NCBI GenBank assembly: GCA_049303905.1
Contig: JBAQNP010000005.1
Location: forward strand, 61,655 to 125,654
Source of the DNA: Candidatus Moraniibacteriota bacterium
GTDB taxonomy: Bacteria; Patescibacteriota; Minisyncoccia; Moranbacterales; UBA2206
Direction: 5' to 3'
DNA: 64,000 nucleotides
The notes beneath the pieces are model-generated. The model was given only the letters and a program-made list of their open reading frames with translations, was not told where the DNA came from and did no database searches. Below, piece by piece: positions 57,014-64,000 of the stretch. The position numbers and the translations under genes are program-made. Position 1 is the first letter of the stretch. Each line of letters starts with the position of its first letter.

Positions 57014-57052
57014 CCAATCTGCTTTTTTGAAATAGTATTAGAGATGTTATGC

Positions 57053-57126
57053 GGGTGTTTAGCTCAGCTGGTTAGAGCGTCACATTGACATTGTGGAGGT
57101 CACTGGTTCGAGTCCAGTAATACCCA
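57053..57126 (+). tRNA. tRNA-Val (anticodon GAC)
   Basis: Manual cloverleaf fold. Acceptor GGGTGTT/AATACCC (one G·U pair). D arm GCTC/GAGC. Anticodon arm TCACA-TTGACAT-TGTGG. T arm ACTGG-TTCGAGT-CCAGT. Confidence 0.7.
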
Positions 57127-57214
57127 CAGCATAAGAAATATGATAGAGTTAAAGAGTCGAGAAAGTACATTTAAAAAGATAATGGGACCATAGCTCAGTG
57201 GTAGAGCGCGCGGC

Positions 57215-57589
57215 TCAAGTAAATAATTCTAAACTGTGTTTTGGATGATGGAGTTCGGCATGACAATTGTTGCAAACAAGGATGCACTTTTTAAGTTCGG
57301 TATCAATCCAGGAAAGTTTGCGATTTGACAGGGATCTGATATCAAGCTGGAAATGTTTTTCTTTTGGATTTTTGTGATGAAAAGTCAAGGCGGCATAATT
57401 TTTTTTATACCCGCAGACACAGCAACATCCTCCAAGTTTTTTCACACAACTAATCTTTCTCTTCCAGCCTCGGGCTTGTTGAAGATGATAGGATTGGTTG
57501 ACGCTATTTTTGCAAGTGGGAGAACAATAACGTGTTTGTCTGCCCCCAAGAGGGTGATTACAAACTACGCAGGTTATGATTTTATTCAT
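57215..57589 (-). CDS. HNH endonuclease (homing-endonuclease-like), encoded antisense inside the tRNA intron
   Basis: Zn-ribbon CVVCNH…YCSPTC. HNH core CCCVCGY…LTFHHKNP…KH…N…LVCNNCHAELHH. Confidence 0.6.
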   Translation of the reverse strand: MNKIITCVVCNHPLGGRQTRYCSPTCKNSVNQSYHLQQARGWKRKISCVKKLGGCCCVCGYKKNYAALTFHHKNPKEKHFQLDIRSLSNRKLSWIDTELKKCILVCNNCHAELHHPKHSLELFT

Positions 57590-57838
57590 AATCTAATTAT
57601 AACACAAAATGAATAATTGCAACAGGGCTGTTTGAGAAGTAATTTTCAAATGAATTCTGTCAAATTCGGGGAAATCTTAAGTTTTTATTTTATATAAAAA
57701 AATGACAATCCCGAGCCAAGTCCCGACGCTAAGTCGGGAAAGGTGTAGAGACTAGATGGCAGACATCCCGAGTATTTGGGATGAAGGGATAGTCCAGCTT
57801 ACAAATTCGAAAGAAGTTGCGAAAGCAATAGTGAGATG
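57216..57838 (+). mobile_element. Group I intron (IC3-like, tRNA-intron type) with an antisense HNH ORF
   Basis: The core matches cyanobacterial-type tRNA introns: CAATCCCGAGCCAAGTCC, GGGAAAGGTGTAGAGACTAGATGGCAG, and the P7 pair AGACUA/UAGUCC. It ends in omega-G at 57838. Confidence 0.65.
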
Positions 57839-57884
57839 CATAACCGCTTGGTCGAAGGTTCGAATCCTTCTGGTCCCACAAAAA

Positions 57885-57920
57885 AACCGCCCTGATTAAA
57901 TCTCGGGGCGGTTTTAGATT
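57885..57920. terminator. Rho-independent terminator after the tRNA (ACCGCCC…GGGGCGGTTTT)
   Basis: Read directly. Confidence 0.65.
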
Positions 57921-57950
57921 TCTGGAATAATATAATTTTGTCATGCTGAA

Positions 57951-58015
57951 CTTGTTTCAGCATCTTAATCGTTAGAGATCCTGAAACGAGTTCAGGATGA
58001 CAATCGAAGATTAAT
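57951..58015. repeat. Second copy of the TGTCATGCTGAA…GTTCAGGATGACAA nested-hairpin element
   Basis: It aligns with 46128-46215 minus the GC-rich insert. Confidence 0.75.
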
Positions 58016-58988
58016 TCTCCTTCCTCGCTTCAATCACCGGCATTGGTTTTATGATGGGTTCGGTTTTTTCTTCAACTTCAATGATGGCCTCAGGAATTTT
58101 TGGTGTTGCAATTTCGTGGAAAAAAAGAATCCAGATAGCCTGAGAAAAAACCTCATATATACTTTTGGCAAAAATAGCATAAAGAAAGAAAATGACCAAT
58201 CCAATCGCACTGATAATGATGGCGGTAATTTTTCCCAAAGTAAGATAGCTAATTATGCCAAGGATAAGAAAAACAAGAAGTAGAAATGGTATGATAGCTA
58301 AGATAACAAGCATAAGAACAATTCCGAGTGGGATAAAAATCAAACTCAAAATAATACTCGCCCAAAAATTTTTGGCAAAAAGATTATAGGCGCTTTCAAT
58401 CGCTGGCCAGAAGCGAAGTTTTCCAAGGATGCAATAAAGGTAGCCATAATTTTTAAGATAGCTTGAAAGAATTGCAATTGGGATGAAAATTAAGATTGCC
58501 AGAAAAGTCAAGATTCCACCGATGATATAATTTTTGTTAAAAAACAAAACAGCCACTGGAGCGATAAGAATTAGTAGGGTAAGAAGAATGAATAATCCAA
58601 GTGAAAAATCGATAATAAATATTTTCCAGAAATTTTTCTTGCCATCCTTCCAACCGGATTTAAAATTGGAAACTTGTCCTTTAATATTTTTTTCGATAGA
58701 TGCAATAAGCGCGCCTCGGCCAAGTGTGTTTAGGATGAAAAAAATAATCAAAAGCAAAAAGACTATAGTTGCGAGTGCTATAATCCAGTGGATGTTTTGC
58801 GAAAAGAATTCCAGAATCTTTTCATTTTGTGCTGGATCAAGTTTTTTGTCTTCTCCTGAATTAAAGAAATAATTCATACTTCCTCCACCACCCAAAACAA
58901 CAAAAAAACCAAACCACCATAAATACCTGTTTTTCCAAGTAATTGCCCAAGCTTTTTTGATTATTTCGAGATAATTTATTTTGGACAT
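58011..58988 (-). CDS. Hypothetical polytopic membrane protein
   Basis: 325-aa ORF with ~8 TM helices. No recognisable family. Confidence 0.45.
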   Translation of the reverse strand: MSKINYLEIIKKAWAITWKNRYLWWFGFFVVLGGGGSMNYFFNSGEDKKLDPAQNEKILEFFSQNIHWIIALATIVFLLLIIFFILNTLGRGALIASIEKNIKGQVSNFKSGWKDGKKNFWKIFIIDFSLGLFILLTLLILIAPVAVLFFNKNYIIGGILTFLAILIFIPIAILSSYLKNYGYLYCILGKLRFWPAIESAYNLFAKNFWASIILSLIFIPLGIVLMLVILAIIPFLLLVFLILGIISYLTLGKITAIIISAIGLVIFFLYAIFAKSIYEVFSQAIWILFFHEIATPKIPEAIIEVEEKTEPIIKPMPVIEARKEN

Positions 58989-58998
58989 ATTTTTTTAG

Positions 58999-59130
58999 AG
59001 AATAGTTATTAGAAATTAGAAAATGGTTCAGGAAATTTGAAATAGGAAAATAGAATAAACATTTTTCTTTTTTCTATTATCTATTTTCTTAAACTAATTT
59101 CCATTTTCTTTTTCACTTACTTCTTTCTTT
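58999..59130. repeat. Second copy of the ~130-bp dispersed repeat; it extends into the 3' end of ftsH
   Basis: It aligns with 49107-49240 (tagaaaatRgttcaggaaayttgaaat…ttccaytttcyttttyacttayttctt). Confidence 0.75.
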
Positions 59131-60956
59131 TCTACTTTCGGAACTATTCCCATAATTTCATTAAATTCAATTTGTTCAATAGTTTCTTTTTCTAAAAGAG
59201 TAGTGGAAAGTTTTTCTAATAGTTCTTTTTTATCTTGCAAAATATTTTCCGCTACCTTGTAGGCATTTTCGATAAAACTTGAAACTTGTCGATCAATTTC
59301 CTCGGCAGTTTTTTCTGAGTAATTTTTTTCTTCATGCATTTCTTTGCCAAGAAAAACCATTTCTTGTTTGTGTCCAAAGGTTCGCGGTCCAAGTTCGCTC
59401 ATGCCATATCGAGTGACTAAACTTCGTGACATATTAGTAGCTCTTTCCAAATCATTGGAAGCTCCTGTGGTCACATCACCAAAAGTCAATTTTTCACTCA
59501 CATATCCTCCAAGTAGAACTGAGAGCTCGTCGATGAAATAATTTCTCGAATGTAAGGTCTTATCTTTTTCTGGAGTGCTGAAAGTATATCCACCGGCATT
59601 GCCTCGAGAGATGATAGAAATTTTTTGCACTGGATCAGCATTTTTGAGCGTAGCGCCCAAAATCGCGTGTCCTGCTTCATGATAGGCGATAATTTTCTTT
59701 TCTTCTTCATCAATTCGACGGCTTCTTCTTTCTGGCCCTAAGATTACTTTTTCGATTGACTCAGTGAGCTCATCCATTGAAATTGTTTTTCTGTTTCTTC
59801 TGGCGGCCAAAATAGCGCCTTCATTCAAAAGATTGGAAAGATCAGCGCCAGAAAAGCCGGGAGTTCTTTGGGCAATTTGTCGAAGGTCAGCGTCTTTTGT
59901 GAGAGGTTTGTTTTTGGAATGCAACTTCAAGATTTCTTCGCGTTCAGCGATATCTGGCAAATCCATTGTCACTCGGCGATCAAAACGTCCTGGGCGAAGA
60001 AGGGCTGGGTCAAGTACGTCTGGTCGGTTGGTGGCTGCAATGATAATTACATTAGTGTTAGTGTCAAAACCATCCATTTCTACCAAGATTTGATTCAATG
60101 TTTGCTCTCTTTCATCATGCCCACCACCAAGTCCGGCGCCACGATGACGTCCTACAGCATCGATTTCATCGATAAAAATGATTGCCGGGGCATTTTTCTT
60201 GGCTTGTTTGAAAAGATCCCGCACTCGGCTTGCACCTACTCCCACAAACATTTCCACGAATTCTGAACCACTAATATTGAAAAATGGTACATTAGCTTCT
60301 CCGGCTACTGCCTTGGAAATCAAAGTTTTCCCAGTTCCTGGGGAACCAAGTAAAAGAACACCTTTGGGAATTTTCGCCCCTAAATCCAAAAATTTCTTCG
60401 GATTTTTCAAAAATTCTACAATTTCATATAATTCTTCCTTAGCTTCCTTTGATCCAGCAACACTTTTGAAAGTCACTTTCTGATTTTTGTTTTTTGGATC
60501 AATCATTCGGGCTCGCGAACTACCAAAAGACATCGCTTGATTATTACCTCTTTGGGCTTGTCTCAGCATATACCAAATAAAAGCGCCAACAAGAAGAAAG
60601 GGTAAAAGAAAAGGGATAATTGAACCTAGCCAAAAACTCACACCTGATTCTCCTTGAATATTAATACTCACACTTTGAATTTTTTCACTGTCTACACCAT
60701 AATTCTTGAGAGTTTCCACTATTCCCGCGCTGGTTTCTTTGGTTGATTTTTCAGTAGAGCCGTCATTTAGGGTTATATCCAAATTATTAGAACTAACCTT
60801 TATCTCCTTAATTTTTCCTTCATTAACTTGTTGAGCAAGAGTTGAAAGTGAAACTGACGCTGGTTTTTTGGTTGGATTGCCATAAAGAACCATGATTCCA
60901 GAGATAAAAAGGAATATTATAATAACAACACCGATGTTTTTGAATAGTTTCTGCAT
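59094..60956 (-). CDS. ftsH: ATP-dependent zinc metalloprotease FtsH
   Basis: N-terminal TM segments. AAA Walker [12 protein letters not shown] region. Zn site HEAGHA. Start placed at MQKLFKN; the longer ORF reads through the GC-rich palindrome. Confidence 0.9.
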   Translation of the reverse strand: MQKLFKNIGVVIIIFLFISGIMVLYGNPTKKPASVSLSTLAQQVNEGKIKEIKVSSNNLDITLNDGSTEKSTKETSAGIVETLKNYGVDSEKIQSVSINIQGESGVSFWLGSIIPFLLPFLLVGAFIWYMLRQAQRGNNQAMSFGSSRARMIDPKNKNQKVTFKSVAGSKEAKEELYEIVEFLKNPKKFLDLGAKIPKGVLLLGSPGTGKTLISKAVAGEANVPFFNISGSEFVEMFVGVGASRVRDLFKQAKKNAPAIIFIDEIDAVGRHRGAGLGGGHDEREQTLNQILVEMDGFDTNTNVIIIAATNRPDVLDPALLRPGRFDRRVTMDLPDIAEREEILKLHSKNKPLTKDADLRQIAQRTPGFSGADLSNLLNEGAILAARRNRKTISMDELTESIEKVILGPERRSRRIDEEEKKIIAYHEAGHAILGATLKNADPVQKISIISRGNAGGYTFSTPEKDKTLHSRNYFIDELSVLLGGYVSEKLTFGDVTTGASNDLERATNMSRSLVTRYGMSELGPRTFGHKQEMVFLGKEMHEEKNYSEKTAEEIDRQVSSFIENAYKVAENILQDKKELLEKLSTTLLEKETIEQIEFNEIMGIVPKVEKKEVSEKENGN

Positions 60957-60966
60957 AATATTTTTA

Positions 60967-61060
60967 CCTGCCTCGCGTCGACGAGCGGTCGTTTCCGCGA
61001 GTCGAGGCTGGCGAATTACGAATCTATACAAATATACTAATGTACGAATTATATAAAAAC
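60967..61060. repeat. GC-rich 42-bp palindrome (reverse-complement copy) followed by a TACGAAT-type repeat, upstream of ftsH
   Basis: cctgcctcgcgtcgacgagcggtcgtttccgcgagtcgaggctgg, then cgaattacgaatctatacaaatatactaatgtacgaatt. Confidence 0.75.
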
Positions 61061-61099
61061 GTAGTAATTACTTATTAAGTTATTGTTTCATATTTCATG

Positions 61100-62044
61100 C
61101 TATATGTTGCATGATATTTGTAGCTTATCATTTTTCTTGGTAATTTTCAATCCCGGGAGTATTACAATCTGAGTCTTGTTTTTCGTGCTTTTTATGATTT
61201 TTATGATTTCTTCGATATTATTGGTACTGATATTTTTCAAGTCTCCCTTTGTATCTTTTATATTATTTCTTAAGACCCTGCGCAAAATTGCCGGATGTAA
61301 TTTTTCTAGTTTTTTAATCTCTAAGCTGTTTGAATTTTTCAAAGCAGTTTTTTCGAGATATTCCGAATCCTCAGAAATAGAAACCAAAGAATCAAAAATA
61401 GTTTCTTTGATCTTTGGGTTGAAATCTTTTTCTAAACTCGGGATGAGTTTGTTTCGGATTTTGTTTCGCAGATATAAGTTTTGTGCATTCGTCTTATCTG
61501 TCATATAGGTCAAATTTCTCTCTTGCAAATACTCTAAAATTTCTTTTCGACTAACGGAAAGCAATGGCCGAATTATTTTTTCATTTTTGAATTTCATAGC
61601 TGTGAGTCCTGACATTCCACTGCCTCGAAGGATGCGCATAAGAAATGTTTCCACTTGGTCGTCAGCGTTGTGTGCCACAGCCACAAAATCGAAATCATAA
61701 TCGACGCGAAGTTTCTCAAAAAAATCATAACGAATGTTGCGTAGATAATTTTCAGAAATATTTTTCTTGGGGATTTCGATGCTTTGCGCAAAAATTTCCA
61801 GATTATATTTTGTCGCCAAATCTTGCACGAATTTTTCGTCCCCCATACTGTCCTTACCGCGCAAATTATAATTGACATGGGCGATGATTAGTTCCAAGGA
61901 ATATTTTTTTTGCAGACGTGAAAAAACATCAAGCAAGCAGACGCTATCCGGCCCACCGGAAACCGCTAGGATTATTTTCGCCTCGCGGTTAAAAAGATTA
62001 TTCTGAAAGATTACATTCTGAACTTTTTTGGTTAAGTTAGGCAT
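61100..62044 (-). CDS. tilS: tRNA(Ile)-lysidine synthetase
   Basis: PP-loop AVSGGPDSVCLLDV, plus the conserved tilS-(hpt)-ftsH neighbourhood. Confidence 0.8.
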   Translation of the reverse strand: MPNLTKKVQNVIFQNNLFNREAKIILAVSGGPDSVCLLDVFSRLQKKYSLELIIAHVNYNLRGKDSMGDEKFVQDLATKYNLEIFAQSIEIPKKNISENYLRNIRYDFFEKLRVDYDFDFVAVAHNADDQVETFLMRILRGSGMSGLTAMKFKNEKIIRPLLSVSRKEILEYLQERNLTYMTDKTNAQNLYLRNKIRNKLIPSLEKDFNPKIKETIFDSLVSISEDSEYLEKTALKNSNSLEIKKLEKLHPAILRRVLRNNIKDTKGDLKNISTNNIEEIIKIIKSTKNKTQIVILPGLKITKKNDKLQISCNI

Positions 62045-62600
62045 TCATTTTTGATTGAATAAATTCCATTGTCTTTTCAAAAACTTTTTCTACAGAAAGA
62101 TTGGTGGTATCTAATATAAAGTCATAATTGCTATCATTATGAATTTTTATTCCATAATATTTTTGATAGCGTCTATCATTATTTTCTTTTCTATTTCTTT
62201 CACTGATAATTATATTATCTATAGAATTAAGATTTTTATCCTCCTTGCTTCTGGCACTACTTTTTTCTATTTCATTAAAGATTCTTTTAGCACCTTCTTT
62301 CTCGCTTACTTTTAAATAAATTTTAAGAGAGTTTGGGATAAAATGCCAAGCAGTTCGACTTTCTACTATAAAATCTTTTTCCTTCTTAGAGAGGTCAACT
62401 AAATAAGTATCTACTTTTTTATCAGCCGAAGGATCTTTTTCACATAAAGATTGAAATTCTGCTAAATTCAATCCCTCTTTCTCTGCTAAATCACGGAAAA
62501 TCTGTCCCATGTAGTATCGCGGGTAGTTTATTTTTTTTGCTATCATTTTGGCAATGGTACTTTTCCCGGAACCATGATCGCCATTAAAAGAAATAATCAT
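62037..62600 (-). CDS. cmk: Cytidylate kinase-like P-loop nucleotide kinase
   Basis: The P-loop ISFNGDHGSGKSTIAKMIA matches. It is encoded immediately upstream of rpsA, as cmk typically is. Confidence 0.55.
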   Translation of the reverse strand: MIISFNGDHGSGKSTIAKMIAKKINYPRYYMGQIFRDLAEKEGLNLAEFQSLCEKDPSADKKVDTYLVDLSKKEKDFIVESRTAWHFIPNSLKIYLKVSEKEGAKRIFNEIEKSSARSKEDKNLNSIDNIIISERNRKENNDRRYQKYYGIKIHNDSNYDFILDTTNLSVEKVFEKTMEFIQSKMNA

Positions 62601-62606
62601 TTGGAT

Positions 62607-63971
62607 TTATTTTTCTTCTTTCTTCTTAGTTTTACTCTTAACTTCTTTTTTCTCCTTAACCACCTTTTCTTTCTTTTCTGCTTTCTCCTTTTTTTCTTTC
62701 TTCTCTTTCTTCACTTCTTTTTCTTCAACCTTTTCCTCAACTTTTTCTTCCTTGTCTTCTTTTTTCTTTTTCTTATCTTTAGCAAGCACTAGCCCCATGC
62801 GATGTTCTTTTGGTTCGATAGAAAGAATTTCCCAATTATATTTTTCATTGGCCTTGATAAGTTCGCCCAAAGTTTTTCCTGGGTAGGCTTCAGACATTTC
62901 ACTGATGTGAGCCAAACCATGAATATCTTTGTCGAGATATACAAAGGCTCCGAAGTGATTGATTTTGTTGACTGTGCCGGAAACGATGTCGCCTTTTTTG
63001 TATTTAGCGGCAATTTCAGACCAAGGATCTTCTTGGAGAGCGCGAATAGAAAGAGAAATTTTGTCGCCATCAATTCCGATTATCTTGGCGCTTACTTTGT
63101 CGCCAACCTTCACAATTGTGCGAGGATCTTCAATTAGTTGCCAAGCAAGTTCTGAAATGTGTACCAATCCTTCGAGTTTTCGTTCAGAGTCATTTTCTTT
63201 TATCGAGAATTTCACAAAAGCACCGAAATTGACCACTCCACTGATTTCTCCAGATACTGTGTCACCAACATTCAAAGCGGAGATAACTTCCATATCTTTT
63301 TCGCTTTGGGCGGCTTTTTCACTGACGATAAGTTTTTGGGTTTCACGATCAGCGTCAATTATGCGTACTTCCAATTCTTGACCCACTAATTTTTTGAGCA
63401 AATTTAAGATTTTGTTCTTGTCGCCATCTTCAACTCGAGGATAATTTTTGCTGGAAAGTTGAGAAACAGGCAAAAATCCGGAAATGCTGTTGACTTCTAT
63501 CAGAAGCCCACCCTTATTAGCGCTTAAAACCTTAATATGAACTTTTTCTTGAGTATCTTTCTTGCTTTCTAGATCATCCCAAGCTTTTTCACAAGAAGCT
63601 TCACGAATGGACAGCTCAATATAACCATCTTCATTCTCCATGTCGATTATAGTCGCATTAACAACATCGTCAATTTTGAGTTTTCCACTTCCAAGACCGT
63701 CCTTGATTTCTTTTCCCAAAACTATACCTGTTCCAAAAGGTGGTAAATCAAGGTAAATTTCGTTGGAAGACACATAAATCACTTTTCCGTCAATTGTGTC
63801 GCCAACTTGAGGAAAACGAAAATTTCCCTTGGAAAACAAGAGATTCATTGGTGAATTATCTTCAGCTATTTCTACTATTTCCGCTTCTTTCTTCTTTTTT
63901 GGTGTTTTAGGGCTTACTTCTTCGGAAATCTTATCTACTTCTTTTGCTAAATTGTCTAGGATGTCTGACAT
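62607..63971 (-). CDS. rpsA: 30S ribosomal protein S1 with a Lys/Glu-rich C-terminal tail
   Basis: Four S1 repeats (…GDTVSGEISGVVNFGAFVKF…, …GDIVSGTVNKINHFGAFVYL…). The tail is low-complexity KE-rich. Confidence 0.8.
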   Translation of the reverse strand: MSDILDNLAKEVDKISEEVSPKTPKKKKEAEIVEIAEDNSPMNLLFSKGNFRFPQVGDTIDGKVIYVSSNEIYLDLPPFGTGIVLGKEIKDGLGSGKLKIDDVVNATIIDMENEDGYIELSIREASCEKAWDDLESKKDTQEKVHIKVLSANKGGLLIEVNSISGFLPVSQLSSKNYPRVEDGDKNKILNLLKKLVGQELEVRIIDADRETQKLIVSEKAAQSEKDMEVISALNVGDTVSGEISGVVNFGAFVKFSIKENDSERKLEGLVHISELAWQLIEDPRTIVKVGDKVSAKIIGIDGDKISLSIRALQEDPWSEIAAKYKKGDIVSGTVNKINHFGAFVYLDKDIHGLAHISEMSEAYPGKTLGELIKANEKYNWEILSIEPKEHRMGLVLAKDKKKKKEDKEEKVEEKVEEKEVKKEKKEKKEKAEKKEKVVKEKKEVKSKTKKKEEK

Positions 63972-64000
63972 AGTACCGATGCGAAACTACGAATTTAATG

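Larger units (their letters stand above)
57184..57878 (+). tRNA. tRNA with CAU anticodon (Met or Ile2), split by a ~623-nt group I intron in the anticodon loop; exons are 57184-57215 and 57839-57878
   Basis: 5' half GGGACCATAGCTCAGTGGTAGAGCGCGCGGCU. 3' half CAUAACCGCUUGGUCGAAGGUUCGAAUCCUUCUGGUCCCA. The acceptor, D and T stems pair perfectly. The 5' exon ends in U, and the intron ends in G. Confidence 0.7.

Noticed and set aside
57729-57944. 71-aa minus ORF overlapping the intron 3' core and the tRNA 3' exon
   Set aside because: It overlaps conserved group I core sequence and the tRNA exon. No protein features.
62574-62792. 72-aa Phe/Leu-rich ORF
   Set aside because: It is the antisense reading of the Lys/Glu-rich rpsA tail (AAG/GAA repeats read as TTC/CTT). 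It is a low-complexity artefact.
1-64000. CRISPR arrays
   Set aside because: No array of regularly spaced 25-40-bp direct repeats with unique spacers is present. The repeat families seen are palindromic or dispersed elements and heptamer tandems, not CRISPR.

Overview
This is an AT-rich (roughly 30% GC), gene-dense bacterial chromosome segment. Its gene content and architecture resemble an ultra-small Patescibacteria/CPR-type genome; that assignment is inference. The window spans the replication-origin neighbourhood: trxB, dnaN and dnaA on the minus strand, then rpmH-rnpA-yidC-jag on the plus strand. A candidate oriC lies in the dnaA-dnaN spacer. An AbiEi/AbiEii toxin-antitoxin module and a DUF721 (DciA-like) gene sit just beside it.

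Other content, in order:
- Three tandem RimK-like ATP-grasp genes followed by a class A PBP.
- A surface-polysaccharide locus (Wzx-like flippase, two GT2 genes, two O-antigen-ligase/Wzy-like genes).
- A ~14.5 kb minus-strand cluster that looks like a Gram-positive-type T4SS. It has VirB4-like ATPase, a VirB6-like polytopic protein, a VirB3-like small membrane protein, two VirB2/pilin-like paralogs (one fused to a VirB1-like lytic transglycosylase), a 939-aa surface protein, and secreted Ca-binding-repeat proteins. No relaxase or VirD4 is visible.
- Housekeeping genes: ksgA, a yabE-like 3D-domain gene, a trmB-family regulator, pncB, comM/yifB, lspA, a dksA/traR-like gene, yraN, pnp, rpsO, a NYN-domain gene, pcrA/uvrD, a LysM-CHAP hydrolase, xerD, ftsH, tilS, cmk and rpsA.

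Unusual items:
1. A retron-type reverse transcriptase (NAxxH and VTG motifs). Its 3' flank carries a ~290 bp noncoding segment bounded by a long-range inverted repeat, a candidate msr/msd-like ncRNA.
2. A 365-aa intein that precisely splits motif III of PcrA/UvrD.
3. A tRNA(CAU) gene split by a ~623 nt group I intron of IC3 type. The intron carries an HNH endonuclease ORF in antisense.
4. A ~40 bp GC-rich palindromic element inserted in-frame in both ksgA and pcrA (encoding TPSPSPYKGEG). This resembles Rickettsia RPEs. xerD has a second perfect palindrome in-frame.
5. Several families of dispersed intergenic repeats: TACGAAT-rich hairpin elements, a GC-rich ~42 bp palindrome, TGTCAT...ATGACA terminator hairpins, a ~130 bp repeat, C-rich ATCCCCCACCAC inverted pairs, and heptamer tandem arrays.

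All calls come from reading the sequence and the supplied ORF translations. No database search was run.
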